64,000 bases of DNA from Escherichia phage vB_EcoM_G4498, in sequence record NC_054918.1. One strand, written 5' to 3'. Below, in pieces: positions 46,346-55,886 of this stretch (positions are counted from its first letter, which is position 1; each line of letters begins with the position of its first letter). Both the position numbers and the translations under genes were made by a program. The notes beneath the pieces were generated by a model. That model was not told the DNA's origin. It saw only the letters and a program-made list of their open reading frames with translations, and made no database searches.

Positions 46346-46490
46346 CCCAAGCAGGAGGTTTAAAGTCTAAATCGTCACAACCATGAATCTTTCCACGCAT
46401 TTCCAAATCGTCTTCTTCACCAGCCATAATAATTTTAATTAGACTAGAATTACTTGAAGCTGCAATGTCTTCTAATAGACGCTTTTTCAT
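46173..46490 (-). CDS. zinc-ribbon hypothetical protein
   Basis: 105 aa with CPECG...CRHCKH. Confidence 0.5.
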   Translation of the reverse strand: MKKRLLEDIAASSNSSLIKIIMAGEEDDLEMRGKIHGCDDLDFKPPAWDAIMVMVERRERASKNVPNCPECGTEQVQLVHWQTSNLRYKCRHCKHRFDREENDQA

Positions 46491-47416
46491 TTCAATACCT
46501 CAATAGCATTACGTAAACCATTTGCTTTTGCATTAAGAGCTTTTAACAATTTGGTGTGTTCTGCAATTTGGGCTTCAACTTCAATCAAACGAGCATTGAG
46601 ATATTCGCGTTCTTCACTCAGATTATCAACCTTTTCTACTTTAGGCTCTTTTACAACTGTCTTATATGTATTAGGGTTCTTCAGTTTAATTAGAATGCGT
46701 GAACTGTATAACATTGAACCATTATTTTCGGTTTCGTCATACATTTCTACTACATCCATAATTTTTAACATCATGCGGAGTTTATAAGACAACGAACGAA
46801 TAGTTTTGTTGTGCTTATTAATTTCTTTAGCTGTCATGGTGCCGAGATTACGTGAGTAATAATAAGGAACCTGGATATTAATTAATACTGATGAACCACC
46901 TGGCTTGTGTGTTACTTCATCAGCAATAACCCAGTCCTTAACATGAACTGTATTTGTACGGTCATCACCCGCGGTAAACAGTTTGCGAGCATGCTTAAAA
47001 AGCATATTCACTTGGTCATTGAATTGACAAGCAAATTTATCAGCAAATTTAGTTTCAGGAATGGTAGATAACCAATCAGCCAAATGGGTCTTTTTAACAT
47101 CGTTAACAATAGTAAATTCAACCAAATCGGTTATAGATGTCGCAGATTTAACAAAGTTCGGCTTCATAAAGTTTTTAATGTTATCGTGAGCTACAGTAGA
47201 AGATAACATACGAGAACGTTTAAACCATTCAAGCAAATTGCCTAACGAATGAGAATAAGCGTTTTGAGTATCTTTACAGATATGATTTTCCTGGCTAACA
47301 TATTGAAGGAAATCACGAAGAATATTATTGATTACTGCTCTGTGTCCGATCTGATAATTACGATGTTTAGTAATAAGACTGTCAAAATAATCAATATAAT
47401 GTTTACGAGTTTTCAT
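46487..47416 (-). CDS. hypothetical protein with C-terminal coiled coil
   Basis: 309-aa ORF; C-terminus [42 protein letters not shown]. Confidence 0.55.
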   Translation of the reverse strand: MKTRKHYIDYFDSLITKHRNYQIGHRAVINNILRDFLQYVSQENHICKDTQNAYSHSLGNLLEWFKRSRMLSSTVAHDNIKNFMKPNFVKSATSITDLVEFTIVNDVKKTHLADWLSTIPETKFADKFACQFNDQVNMLFKHARKLFTAGDDRTNTVHVKDWVIADEVTHKPGGSSVLINIQVPYYYSRNLGTMTAKEINKHNKTIRSLSYKLRMMLKIMDVVEMYDETENNGSMLYSSRILIKLKNPNTYKTVVKEPKVEKVDNLSEEREYLNARLIEVEAQIAEHTKLLKALNAKANGLRNAIEVLK

Positions 47417-47470
47417 GTTCTTCTCACTTGGTTAATGATTTATACTCCGAGCCATCCTTGGCTTTAAATT

Positions 47471-48472
47471 TTACTTAATTAACTGTAAAGCCTGTTCTAA
47501 ACGATCAAGACGATTAACAGATTCTTCCCAAATCCTTTTAGCCTGCTCATATTCTTTCTGCGCTTTATTAGAAATTTCTAGAACTTCTTTATAAGCTTTT
47601 TCTAATGCAATAACTTCTGGACGAATTTCTACCTGTTCAGGTGAATCATCAAGACATTCCATTAGTTCCTCAAGGGTAGTTTCTTCTTTAGGAGTATTCA
47701 CAATTTCATCACATTTTTGTTGGTAAATTTCTTTATTAGTCGGTGAGTACGCACACTTTACTTCACGAAGACTAATTATAATTTTATATCCTTCCCATCC
47801 ACACATATTTTTGAAAGGATATGTATGAATACTTTTTACAGTTTCCATACAGCCCAAAGCCGTCTCTAATTGATGAGTTATAGTGCTAGCAATTGAGAAA
47901 AATTTATTAATGTTCTTTTGATTAGCTGCTGGTGTAAAAAATCCATAATTCACAAAAATAGCTACTTTATTTTTATCAAGCTCATATTCTTTTACGATAA
48001 TCATATCAGAAGCCAAAGGATGAATTTGACGATAATCGCCATAACATAATTTAGAAGCTGATTTTAGAATTTGTCCTTTGAAAAGTCTGAAATTACTAAT
48101 CCAACGACGAGTAAAAATATTCTCAGGGTCTTCTTTGATATTAAGATGATAAGAATTAACATCACCGAACCAATTATATCCTACTACATCTTTGGTTCGT
48201 TTAATTTCTTTCCCAAAATTACCAAGAATATCCCGATTAACCAAATATGAAAGAAGACGAGATCCTTTAAAGGTTTTCTTAATGGCATCTTTATTTGTAC
48301 GACTAGAAATTTCATGAACTTCATGAATAAATTTGCCGGAAGAAACAATACTTGCATCAATATTATTGAGCCATTGATTGATAATAGAAAGAACACTATT
48401 TTGGCCAAACAGCGGTATAACTTTATCATCAATAACGCTATTGAATGATTTGATATATTCGTTACGAGTCAT
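47471..48472 (-). CDS. hypothetical protein with C-terminal coiled coil
   Basis: Track start 48502 lies on the promoter -10; ATG at 48472 (MTRNEYIKSF...) with SD GAGGAG is likely, giving 333 aa. Confidence 0.55.
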   Translation of the reverse strand: MTRNEYIKSFNSVIDDKVIPLFGQNSVLSIINQWLNNIDASIVSSGKFIHEVHEISSRTNKDAIKKTFKGSRLLSYLVNRDILGNFGKEIKRTKDVVGYNWFGDVNSYHLNIKEDPENIFTRRWISNFRLFKGQILKSASKLCYGDYRQIHPLASDMIIVKEYELDKNKVAIFVNYGFFTPAANQKNINKFFSIASTITHQLETALGCMETVKSIHTYPFKNMCGWEGYKIIISLREVKCAYSPTNKEIYQQKCDEIVNTPKEETTLEELMECLDDSPEQVEIRPEVIALEKAYKEVLEISNKAQKEYEQAKRIWEESVNRLDRLEQALQLIK

Positions 48473-48498
48473 ATTAATCTCCTCAGTAGAAAGTAAGA

Positions 48499-48530
48499 AC
48501 ATTATACCACATCCTTGTGGCGAAGTAAAC
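48499..48530 (-). promoter_or_regulatory. early promoter
   Basis: Minus strand GTTTAC-N17-TGGTATAAT. Confidence 0.7.
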
Positions 48531-49549
48531 TAGTTCAGTGCATTTAGTGCGTTGTTCAGTTTAGAACGTTGCTTCGTGAGATTTTTGACTTTTTCTTGAG
48601 CTTTTTCTAGCATCTTTTCAGCTTCTAGCACTTCATTGGTCGCTTTAACGAGTTCATCATCTACTGCCTTGATAGACTTCTCAATCGCATCCGCGTGCCA
48701 TTTTTCAACAGGTTTAAGACTCGGATTTTCAATAGGAAGAAAATTCACTTTATTGAATTTCCATGCATCTTTATTGCCTGAACTATACATCCAAAATTTA
48801 GGATCGTTTGATGAGTAATTAGATAAATTTAAGTTATCTTGCACTTCTTGCTTTTTCTCTTGCGGGACTTCATCCTTTCTCAAAAAATCGTATTTAAATG
48901 AAACGATCATATCAAGTTCATATGTTGTTGTATGTTCCCAATTTCGCTCAAAACGAGGTAAAATCTTAGAATGAACAGCGGCAACAACATCCATATACTT
49001 AAATGCTTCTGTCAACTGCGATTTAAGGCATTCGCAAATTGAAAGAGAATTTTTTGTATTAGGTTTAAAGCTAATTCGTGCAGTTCTATTATTTTCTTTT
49101 AATGGTCTTACTTCCATCTGAAGAGTATAACCATCAAATTTCAGGTTCTTTAAGTTAATGTCAGAACCTTTTAATCGACTAGCCGTCGACAAAATTTGCT
49201 TTAATTGTTTACGGAATAGAGCAATAAATCTCCATTCAATACGATAATGATTTGGATTGAAAAATCCAGATGATAAATCGACCTTACTCTGACCAACACC
49301 TTGAACAAACAGAGGATTTTTATAATCAATAGTTTTACAGAAATCGGTGAGCTGCTCACGAGCAGTCATTTGTGTAATATACCCCGCTTTACTAAAATGA
49401 CGTAACCATTCACTGCTATTCATATATTTAAAGTGAATATCACGATTAACTTTATCAGGGTCTAAATTATTTTGGCACAAAAATGTCATAACATCACGAG
49501 TATAGCTGGCATTACGAACCATATCTTCAATTTGAGAACGAGTTTTCAT
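48530..49549 (-). CDS. hypothetical protein with C-terminal coiled coil
   Basis: 339-aa ORF. Confidence 0.55.
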   Translation of the reverse strand: MKTRSQIEDMVRNASYTRDVMTFLCQNNLDPDKVNRDIHFKYMNSSEWLRHFSKAGYITQMTAREQLTDFCKTIDYKNPLFVQGVGQSKVDLSSGFFNPNHYRIEWRFIALFRKQLKQILSTASRLKGSDINLKNLKFDGYTLQMEVRPLKENNRTARISFKPNTKNSLSICECLKSQLTEAFKYMDVVAAVHSKILPRFERNWEHTTTYELDMIVSFKYDFLRKDEVPQEKKQEVQDNLNLSNYSSNDPKFWMYSSGNKDAWKFNKVNFLPIENPSLKPVEKWHADAIEKSIKAVDDELVKATNEVLEAEKMLEKAQEKVKNLTKQRSKLNNALNALN

Positions 49550-49557
49550 GGTGTTCC

Positions 49558-50466
49558 TTAAGATTTAAGTAAATCAACAATTTTAATTAACTTTTCACGC
49601 TCAGATTTAGCTTTACTACTCAATCCAGATAGTCTGAAAATTTCATCGTCATACTGTTGAATAGAAATATTCAGCTCTTCAATTTGCTTATTAAAATAAT
49701 CAATTTGCTCAGAATGTTTTTCATTACTGCGAACTGGTACAGGTTTTGTAGGCAATTTAGTTAAACTGGATTCATCCGGGCGATAAATTAAAATACAACT
49801 TGAACCAATCGGGCATTTAGCACCAGACACATATTCTAATGTTCCGGCTTCTTTTAAAACTTCAAAAGCTAAACAGAGATGATGCCCCATATTAACATAA
49901 TCTGTAGAGCGAGCTCTGACGTAATAATCATCGCCGCGAATACTAAATTTAAAGCATTTAAGGTCTTCTGTATTATTGGTCTTAAAAATCATTTGTTTAT
50001 CTAGACCTTTAGCTAATCGAGCGCCTAATGCTAATAATCGTCGTTGATTTTCCCACAAATCTGCGATCATTTGGTCAAATGATAATTTCGGCATTAGTCG
50101 ACCGTAAAGATCATAGCCTTTATTATAATTGCGAAGAATTTCACTTGCATTAATACGAGACAATGCTCCAATTTTATTAAGGGCTTTCATAATGCGATTA
50201 GATAAACCCATTCCAGACCCGTTTGTTCGCTGTAAATGTTTTTCTAATCCAAATCCAATATCAACTTTAAACTTATCTAAAATTTCTGCATGAACATCTC
50301 TGTCAATAACATTCAAATCCAAAGTTGGGTTAAATCTATGAAAAAATTTATCTGGCTCTCCACGACGAAGTACAGTCCATTCATTCAATTTTTTATTAAC
50401 TAAAGATTTAATTACTGCATTGACATTATTAATTACTACTGACATATTTTCCTCACTCAATTTCAA
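49558..50466 (-). CDS. hypothetical protein with C-terminal coiled coil
   Basis: 302-aa ORF. Confidence 0.55.
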   Translation of the reverse strand: MKLSEENMSVVINNVNAVIKSLVNKKLNEWTVLRRGEPDKFFHRFNPTLDLNVIDRDVHAEILDKFKVDIGFGLEKHLQRTNGSGMGLSNRIMKALNKIGALSRINASEILRNYNKGYDLYGRLMPKLSFDQMIADLWENQRRLLALGARLAKGLDKQMIFKTNNTEDLKCFKFSIRGDDYYVRARSTDYVNMGHHLCLAFEVLKEAGTLEYVSGAKCPIGSSCILIYRPDESSLTKLPTKPVPVRSNEKHSEQIDYFNKQIEELNISIQQYDDEIFRLSGLSSKAKSEREKLIKIVDLLKS

Positions 50467-50860
50467 TTTTACTAAATACGCAGAATATGATGGAAAAGAC
50501 TATATAAGCACCGCATACAGATTGAACTAATACCATTCCAAAGAACCAAACAATATTATCAAACAATGTCTGTTTTACGTCGAAAGGACGTAAACTTACA
50601 GTAATATTATCGCCTTTTTCTATTGATGAATACATCTCTGGGGAAATATATTCGCTAAATCTATAACCGTCTTTGAGTTCATATACGGCAATAAACGATA
50701 AACTAGACCCCTTTCCTTGAGTTCCTGTAAGGGTATTAACTACAGTAACATCATAATCTTTATAATGCATATAATCATTAATTGCGTAATAACCATATGC
50801 AATTACTATACATAAACAACATATCAATAAATTCAATCTTTTAATTATCAACTGTTTCAT
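50453..50860 (-). CDS. membrane protein (N- and C-terminal TM segments)
   Basis: 135 aa; hydrophobic stretches LLICCLCIVIAYGYYAI and IVWFFGMVLVQSVCGAYIVFSIIFCVF. Confidence 0.55.
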   Translation of the reverse strand: MKQLIIKRLNLLICCLCIVIAYGYYAINDYMHYKDYDVTVVNTLTGTQGKGSSLSFIAVYELKDGYRFSEYISPEMYSSIEKGDNITVSLRPFDVKQTLFDNIVWFFGMVLVQSVCGAYIVFSIIFCVFSKIEIE

Positions 50861-50915
50861 AATAATCTCAATTAAAAGGGCTTAGAACCATTATACCATC
50901 CTTGGTATAAAGCGG

Positions 50916-51443
50916 TTATGCGAGTACCGTCTTTAACCGTTCTTCAAACTTCCGAAGAGTATTTTGGCGTTCAGCTCTTTGCTTTTTGTAAGTTTCAATA
51001 CGCTCTGAAATGAGAGTGTATCGTTCATTTACTGATTCTTTCATAAAATCAGGAATTTCACGAGAAGCTTTAATCTCGTCAAATTTATCAATAACAGCTT
51101 GCTCTTCAGCAATTAAGTTATCATACATCAAAATATCTTTCTTGATGAACTCAATATCTTCTTGAGTTACACGAGATAATTTAGATGCTTTATCCTTTTT
51201 GTACTGTTCGTTAGTATCACGAGACCAGTGTAATGTACGATTTTTATTCATATTCTTGTAAATTTCTACAATACCAATCTCATCGATAATAACGATCCAA
51301 TTCCAACGGGATTTGTAAATTTGTCCTCCATCAACAGTGATTTCACCTCCGATTGAGATGTCATTAAAGAACTTGCTTTGTGCTTCAGATTTAAATTTAC
51401 CATCATTGTAGTTTACCAAGTTGAAAATATCTTTAGCATTCAT
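50916..51443 (-). CDS. hypothetical protein
   Basis: Track start 51503 reads through the promoter; ATG at 51443 (MNAKDIFNLV...) with SD GGAGGA gives 175 aa. Confidence 0.55.
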   Translation of the reverse strand: MNAKDIFNLVNYNDGKFKSEAQSKFFNDISIGGEITVDGGQIYKSRWNWIVIIDEIGIVEIYKNMNKNRTLHWSRDTNEQYKKDKASKLSRVTQEDIEFIKKDILMYDNLIAEEQAVIDKFDEIKASREIPDFMKESVNERYTLISERIETYKKQRAERQNTLRKFEERLKTVLA

Positions 51444-51467
51444 TTTCTGTTCCTCCGTAGTTGATAG

Positions 51468-51503
51468 TTGTATAGTACCACAGAGGAACGGTCTTGTAAA
51501 CAA
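51468..51503 (-). promoter_or_regulatory. early promoter with conserved leader cassette
   Basis: Minus strand GTTTACA-N17-TGGTACTATACAACTATCAACTAC. Confidence 0.65.
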
Positions 51504-51818
51504 CTAAAAGAAACTTCTTTCACAATTTTTTCCACTGAACCACGCACTCACTGCTTTCTTAGTCTCAGGAGCAGTGTTATCCATAAACCATTCAAAGGCA
51601 GCCTTTTTATGATTCTGGAGGGCTTCTCGGGCTTTAATCTGCTCACGGTCTATTAACACTAACATATGAGCCTTTCTTGTCACCAGGGGCTTCTTATGAT
51701 TTTTTGAATACTCCCAATCATTTGTCCATCGCATCGTTGTTGCGAATTGAAGTACAGCTTCCTTAATCTTAGTTTCGTAAATTTCACGAGCCTTTGAGTA
51801 TAACATCACTACCTCCAT
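51504..51818 (-). CDS. hypothetical protein
   Basis: 104-aa ORF. Confidence 0.5.
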   Translation of the reverse strand: MEVVMLYSKAREIYETKIKEAVLQFATTMRWTNDWEYSKNHKKPLVTRKAHMLVLIDREQIKAREALQNHKKAAFEWFMDNTAPETKKAVSAWFSGKNCERSFF

Positions 51819-51907
51819 TTACCAGTTTAATTCTAGTCATCTTTTTGATGGCAGTCCATATAATCTATTTCTGAACTGCCTTTTTGTCATAGAAATCCTC
51901 TTATGAA

Positions 51908-52876
51908 TTATTTCAGAAGAGTAACCTCAGCGATTTCTTCCCAACCGTTTTTGTCGGTCATAATAAAGTCAGCAAGATAAAGCGCAGTACGCAGTGAAAC
52001 ATTGCGTAAACGATTAACATTGACTTTCATCCATGATAATGCTTTATAAGTTTCTTCATCAGAAAGACCACGCTTTTGCATCATGTCAGTTGAAAGAATA
52101 ACATCTTCAACCCTGACCATAATTTCTTCATTAGTGTGAACACCCAAATCCAAATAAACTGAGCGGGACACTAATGCTTGTAAATGTGGAGCAAGTTTAG
52201 TACCACGGTCTAATTCGCGGTCAATGTCAACGTTTGTGATAAAAACAATCGTTCCTTTAAATTCAAACTCACGCTCAATGCCTTTTTCTTCTAAGTAAGA
52301 AGATGCAGTGCTCCAGCAGACTTTACGGGTCTCTCCAGTGTCCAGAGCAGCTTTCAGAAGATTAAGAATGTCCATATCAGAGAAAACATCCACATCATCA
52401 ATCAAAAGGACAGAATTCTCTTCACGATTATTCCAGAGCTGTTCATAAAGACCGATACCAGAGATTTTACCGTTAATGCTTTTATATTCAATGTATCCAA
52501 TATCATTTGCTTTATTTAAAGCTTTATCTAAAGAATACGTTTTACCAATGCCTGCTGCGCCAGAGATAATTAATGAACGAATGTTTCCGTTAATAATACC
52601 ATTCGTCATCATTCCCATAACATTAAATCTTTTATTAATACGGGTTTTCATATCTTCATATGATTCTTTAACTTCTTCAACTTTTACGCCATCATATGAA
52701 ATGTCTGATTTGTAAACCCAAACACCGCGACGTTTACCGTCAATTTCAACAAAAACTTTACCATCTCCTTGTGCATCTACCGGAGCATTATCAGGGAACC
52801 ACTCACCTAAGAGTTCAAAAGTTCCAGAGATTTCTTTACCGAAGTAGATACCCTTATTGATAGTTACAGTTTTCAT
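51908..52876 (-). CDS. P-loop (AAA-like) ATPase, function unknown
   Basis: Track start 52942 reads through the promoter; ATG at 52876 (MKTVTINKG...) gives 322 aa; Walker A GAAGIGKT, Walker B VLLIDDVD. Confidence 0.6.
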   Translation of the reverse strand: MKTVTINKGIYFGKEISGTFELLGEWFPDNAPVDAQGDGKVFVEIDGKRRGVWVYKSDISYDGVKVEEVKESYEDMKTRINKRFNVMGMMTNGIINGNIRSLIISGAAGIGKTYSLDKALNKANDIGYIEYKSINGKISGIGLYEQLWNNREENSVLLIDDVDVFSDMDILNLLKAALDTGETRKVCWSTASSYLEEKGIEREFEFKGTIVFITNVDIDRELDRGTKLAPHLQALVSRSVYLDLGVHTNEEIMVRVEDVILSTDMMQKRGLSDEETYKALSWMKVNVNRLRNVSLRTALYLADFIMTDKNGWEEIAEVTLLK

Positions 52877-52907
52877 TTTATTCTCCAAATCCGTATCAGT
52901 TGATAGT

Positions 52908-52942
52908 TGTATAGTACCATAAAGCTTTATGCTTGTAAACAA
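52908..52942 (-). promoter_or_regulatory. early promoter with conserved leader cassette
   Basis: Minus strand GTTTACA-N17-TGGTACTATACAACTATCAACTGATACGGATTTGGAGAATAAAATG. Confidence 0.65.
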
Positions 52943-52970
52943 CTTTGTGAAAAAATTTTGAAATAAAAAA

Positions 52971-52989
52971 GGGAGCCCGAAGGCTCCCT
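52971..52989 (-). terminator. rho-independent terminator
   Basis: GGGAGCC-uucg-GGCUCCC followed by UUUUUUAUUU on the minus-strand transcript. Confidence 0.7.
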
Positions 52990-52990
52990 A

Positions 52991-54004
52991 TCATTTATAA
53001 TAACTTCGATGGTTTTCAAGATAGACCTTCTCAAGGAAGTCATCCCAGAAACCCATGTCAACTTTTTGTTGCATACCGTTCTTAGAAGCTTCAGTAGATG
53101 CTGCTTCTACTTGATCGACCACATCTTCCAAAAACTCTTGAACCGTTTTAAATGGATGTTTACCCAACTTCACGTCGAGAATAAATGGAGCATCTTGGAG
53201 TGGATAAATCAAGTCGCCAGTTTTGTAAATTTCCAATAGTTGAAGTCCACCACGACAAGCATGACTCAGAGCTTTCCAGTCAATACCTTCGTTGGCTTCG
53301 GCCTTACGAGCGCGTTCACCGTATTCAGCATCTAATTTGTTCAGTGACTGCTTAAGCTCAATAAGAGAAAGCGTTGTCTGATATTTACGACCCAACACAG
53401 TGTAAAACGTCTGTGGGCCTGTTTTCTCATGATTATGAAACACCCATTCACAGAATTCGTTTTCTGGAAGACGATGCTTAATATCTTCAACTTTAGTGCG
53501 ACGCTGCTTAATAGAACCATCTTCTTGGTAATCAATCCATTGCTCAGGGATTTGATTAACTACTTTCAATACATCACGTAATGCAGCCAAACGAGAACCC
53601 TTGACACCGTATTTAGAAGCTTGCTTACGGACATATCCTAAATAGGATTTCATGTTAGTCGTATAAAAACGAGAACGGTTGTCTTGAATAAACTTCCACA
53701 CATCAGGCAAATCAGATTTAACCACTAGCTCAGGTGGAGTGTGAAGCATATCTAATGCTACAGTTTCACCATCTGCTGCTAATTTAAAGAAATATTTAAG
53801 ACTGTATAGTTCATGGTCAATATCATCTTTAGTGTTTTTAGATGATGTGTTGTTAGTGTTTTTACTCATGTGCTCTTTGACATTTCCGATAAGAATATCA
53901 CGAGCAGGAGGAACAAAAATTTCTTTAAAATCTACATCAGATTCTGGGGTAGAAGTTCCATAAAGATGACTACCAAAATAGCTTTTCATTACTGTTTTCA
54001 TCAT
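52991..54004 (-). CDS. nucleotidyltransferase-fold protein (Pol-beta-like NTase motif), function unknown
   Basis: 337 aa; N-terminal YFGSHLYGTSTPESDVDF fits the hG[GS]-x10-DxD minimal NTase signature. Confidence 0.5.
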   Translation of the reverse strand: MMKTVMKSYFGSHLYGTSTPESDVDFKEIFVPPARDILIGNVKEHMSKNTNNTSSKNTKDDIDHELYSLKYFFKLAADGETVALDMLHTPPELVVKSDLPDVWKFIQDNRSRFYTTNMKSYLGYVRKQASKYGVKGSRLAALRDVLKVVNQIPEQWIDYQEDGSIKQRRTKVEDIKHRLPENEFCEWVFHNHEKTGPQTFYTVLGRKYQTTLSLIELKQSLNKLDAEYGERARKAEANEGIDWKALSHACRGGLQLLEIYKTGDLIYPLQDAPFILDVKLGKHPFKTVQEFLEDVVDQVEAASTEASKNGMQQKVDMGFWDDFLEKVYLENHRSYYK

Positions 54005-54462
54005 TCAGCCTTATATTCAATAACAGGACATACTTTAGCTTTACGAGCTTTTAAAAATTCGACGATAATCGATTTCTTGGGTTGAATAGGAGGTAAACCT
54101 TTATACGCTCTATCAATATTTTCTACGTGTAAAGCATAATCCTTTTTCCATTTATAATCTTTATATTTTTCATGCAAATGTGCAGGAATAACAAATGAAC
54201 CGATAATAAGTAAAACAACCAAAAGCGCAAGTATAAATGCCGATGGAAGAAGAGTCCATAAACTACCGAAAATAAGCCAACGATGTAGGCTTTCTGCACA
54301 AATAATTGTTAGCCCTACGAGTATAGCACATCCAAAAATAGAAACGAAAAATGTAGGAATGGCAATAGACCAAAAATATGCGCATAGTGTCTTAGGTCGT
54401 TGCCATTCATCGTTAAACAATTTGAATAATTTATAATGCCAAGAGTTTTCATTAATAATCAT
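54001..54462 (-). CDS. integral membrane protein
   Basis: 153 aa with at least three hydrophobic helices. Confidence 0.55.
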   Translation of the reverse strand: MIINENSWHYKLFKLFNDEWQRPKTLCAYFWSIAIPTFFVSIFGCAILVGLTIICAESLHRWLIFGSLWTLLPSAFILALLVVLLIIGSFVIPAHLHEKYKDYKWKKDYALHVENIDRAYKGLPPIQPKKSIIVEFLKARKAKVCPVIEYKAE

Positions 54463-54464
54463 AA

Positions 54465-54986
54465 TTATCCTTTCATTGAAGGCGTAACAGTTGTTAAATA
54501 CTTAATCATAGCTTCAGCTTCTGATTTTGATAATGAAATTTCTCCATTGTTTTGACGAATAGAAATAAAATCCGGATGACGGTCACCACCAGCTTTTAAA
54601 ACACACATATAAGTATCAACTTCATCTTCAATATTTGAAATGATTGAAGCAGTTCCACATGAATGCGGTTTTTGATAAATCAATGCAGCCTTTCTTCCGC
54701 CATTTGACTGTTCATAAACTTTTAATACATCAAACAAATCACTTCTTTTATCAATAGCTAAAATGTTATTTTCATCTTCAATGTTAAATCCTTCGGATAC
54801 TTCATAAAGTGTCACCCATAAATCGCCAATATCAATAACAGCGTTCACTTTTCCATGATTTTCAAGAGCATGACAAATTTTCTTGATTTCGTCATAACTC
54901 ATTTTAATAATATCATCTCCTTGAATAAGAAAGATGTCATTTTTAAATTCAACACGAATTAAACCACTTCCACTTGAAATAAACAT
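54465..54986 (-). CDS. hypothetical protein (paralog pair, member 1)
   Basis: 173 aa; C-terminus ISLSKSEAEAMIKYLTTVTPSMKG. Confidence 0.5.
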   Translation of the reverse strand: MFISSGSGLIRVEFKNDIFLIQGDDIIKMSYDEIKKICHALENHGKVNAVIDIGDLWVTLYEVSEGFNIEDENNILAIDKRSDLFDVLKVYEQSNGGRKAALIYQKPHSCGTASIISNIEDEVDTYMCVLKAGGDRHPDFISIRQNNGEISLSKSEAEAMIKYLTTVTPSMKG

Positions 54987-54992
54987 ATTTCC

Positions 54993-55547
54993 TCACTTTG
55001 AAATCATAGTTGGAATGACAGAATCAAGATAAGTCTTTAGCGCAATAGCTTCGTCTTTGGTAAATGTGACAATATGTGCTCGAGAATCATCATTTTGGCG
55101 AACAAGTACGACATCGCCATCTTCATAAGAAGTCTTGACATCCAAAGTCGTAGTATAGTTTGCAGCTACTGGATTAATAATGTTAGCACCGCGATCTTTA
55201 GCCCATTGAAGTTTAGCCTTTTCGGGTGTTTCGACTGTTTCAGATTCTAAGAATTCTTTCACCTTGGCAACGAATGTTGCCCAATTGTTGATAGAAAGAC
55301 ACATAAATTCAGTTTCAATATTACCGCCGTAAAGGCCACGATAAAAACGAACTTGGAGGTCGCTTGTAATATTAGTTACACCGGTAACTCCTGAGGGAGC
55401 ATAAGATAAAATCGCAGCCAGTTCCATAGGAAGAATAGTAATACTATCGTCTTCCTGCGTCAGAACGTATACATTATCACGTTTTTCGATAACCAGGTCA
55501 CCGAACAAATCAGTTGTTTCAATTACAGCTTTCATATTATTTACCAA
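54993..55547 (-). CDS. hypothetical protein (paralog pair, member 2)
   Basis: 184 aa; C-terminus VTFTKDEAIALKTYLDSVIPTMISK resembles the neighbour. Confidence 0.5.
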   Translation of the reverse strand: MVNNMKAVIETTDLFGDLVIEKRDNVYVLTQEDDSITILPMELAAILSYAPSGVTGVTNITSDLQVRFYRGLYGGNIETEFMCLSINNWATFVAKVKEFLESETVETPEKAKLQWAKDRGANIINPVAANYTTTLDVKTSYEDGDVVLVRQNDDSRAHIVTFTKDEAIALKTYLDSVIPTMISK

Positions 55548-55722
55548 TTAAAGTTTCAATATAAGAATCAAGATTTACTTTAGCTTCTTCCATAAGAGTT
55601 TTGTATTTAATCTTGTTAGCATGTCCGGAGAAAGCTGATTCATCAATAATTGTTGATGTATGAACAGCTTTACTATACGTCTCAATTAATTCTCTTAATT
55701 TAAAAGCCTGCTCACTTGTCAT
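55537..55722 (-). CDS. small hypothetical protein
   Basis: 61-aa ORF; its ATG overlaps the stop of an upstream 34-codon ORF (TAATG). Confidence 0.45.
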   Translation of the reverse strand: MTSEQAFKLRELIETYSKAVHTSTIIDESAFSGHANKIKYKTLMEEAKVNLDSYIETLIGK

Positions 55723-55826
55723 TACATACTCCTCTGAATCATATCAATAATGTTGTTTACCAAATTATAAGTAAACATTGGGTAATTATATTGAATCATC
55801 ACATACACAACAAACAAAACTTTCAT
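55722..55826 (-). CDS. tiny ORF (34 aa), not in ORF track
   Basis: SD AAGGAG 7 nt upstream of ATG 55826; MKVLFVVYVMIQYNYPMFTYNLVNNIIDMIQRSM; directly downstream of an early promoter. Confidence 0.3.
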   Translation of the reverse strand: MKVLFVVYVMIQYNYPMFTYNLVNNIIDMIQRSM

Positions 55827-55852
55827 TCTCTTCTCCTTGGCAGTTGACAAGA

Positions 55853-55885
55853 TTACTATACCATAACCTTGCCAACTTGTAAACC
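55853..55885 (-). promoter_or_regulatory. early promoter
   Basis: Minus strand GGTTTACA-N17-TGGTATAGTA. Confidence 0.6.
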
Positions 55886-55886
55886 A

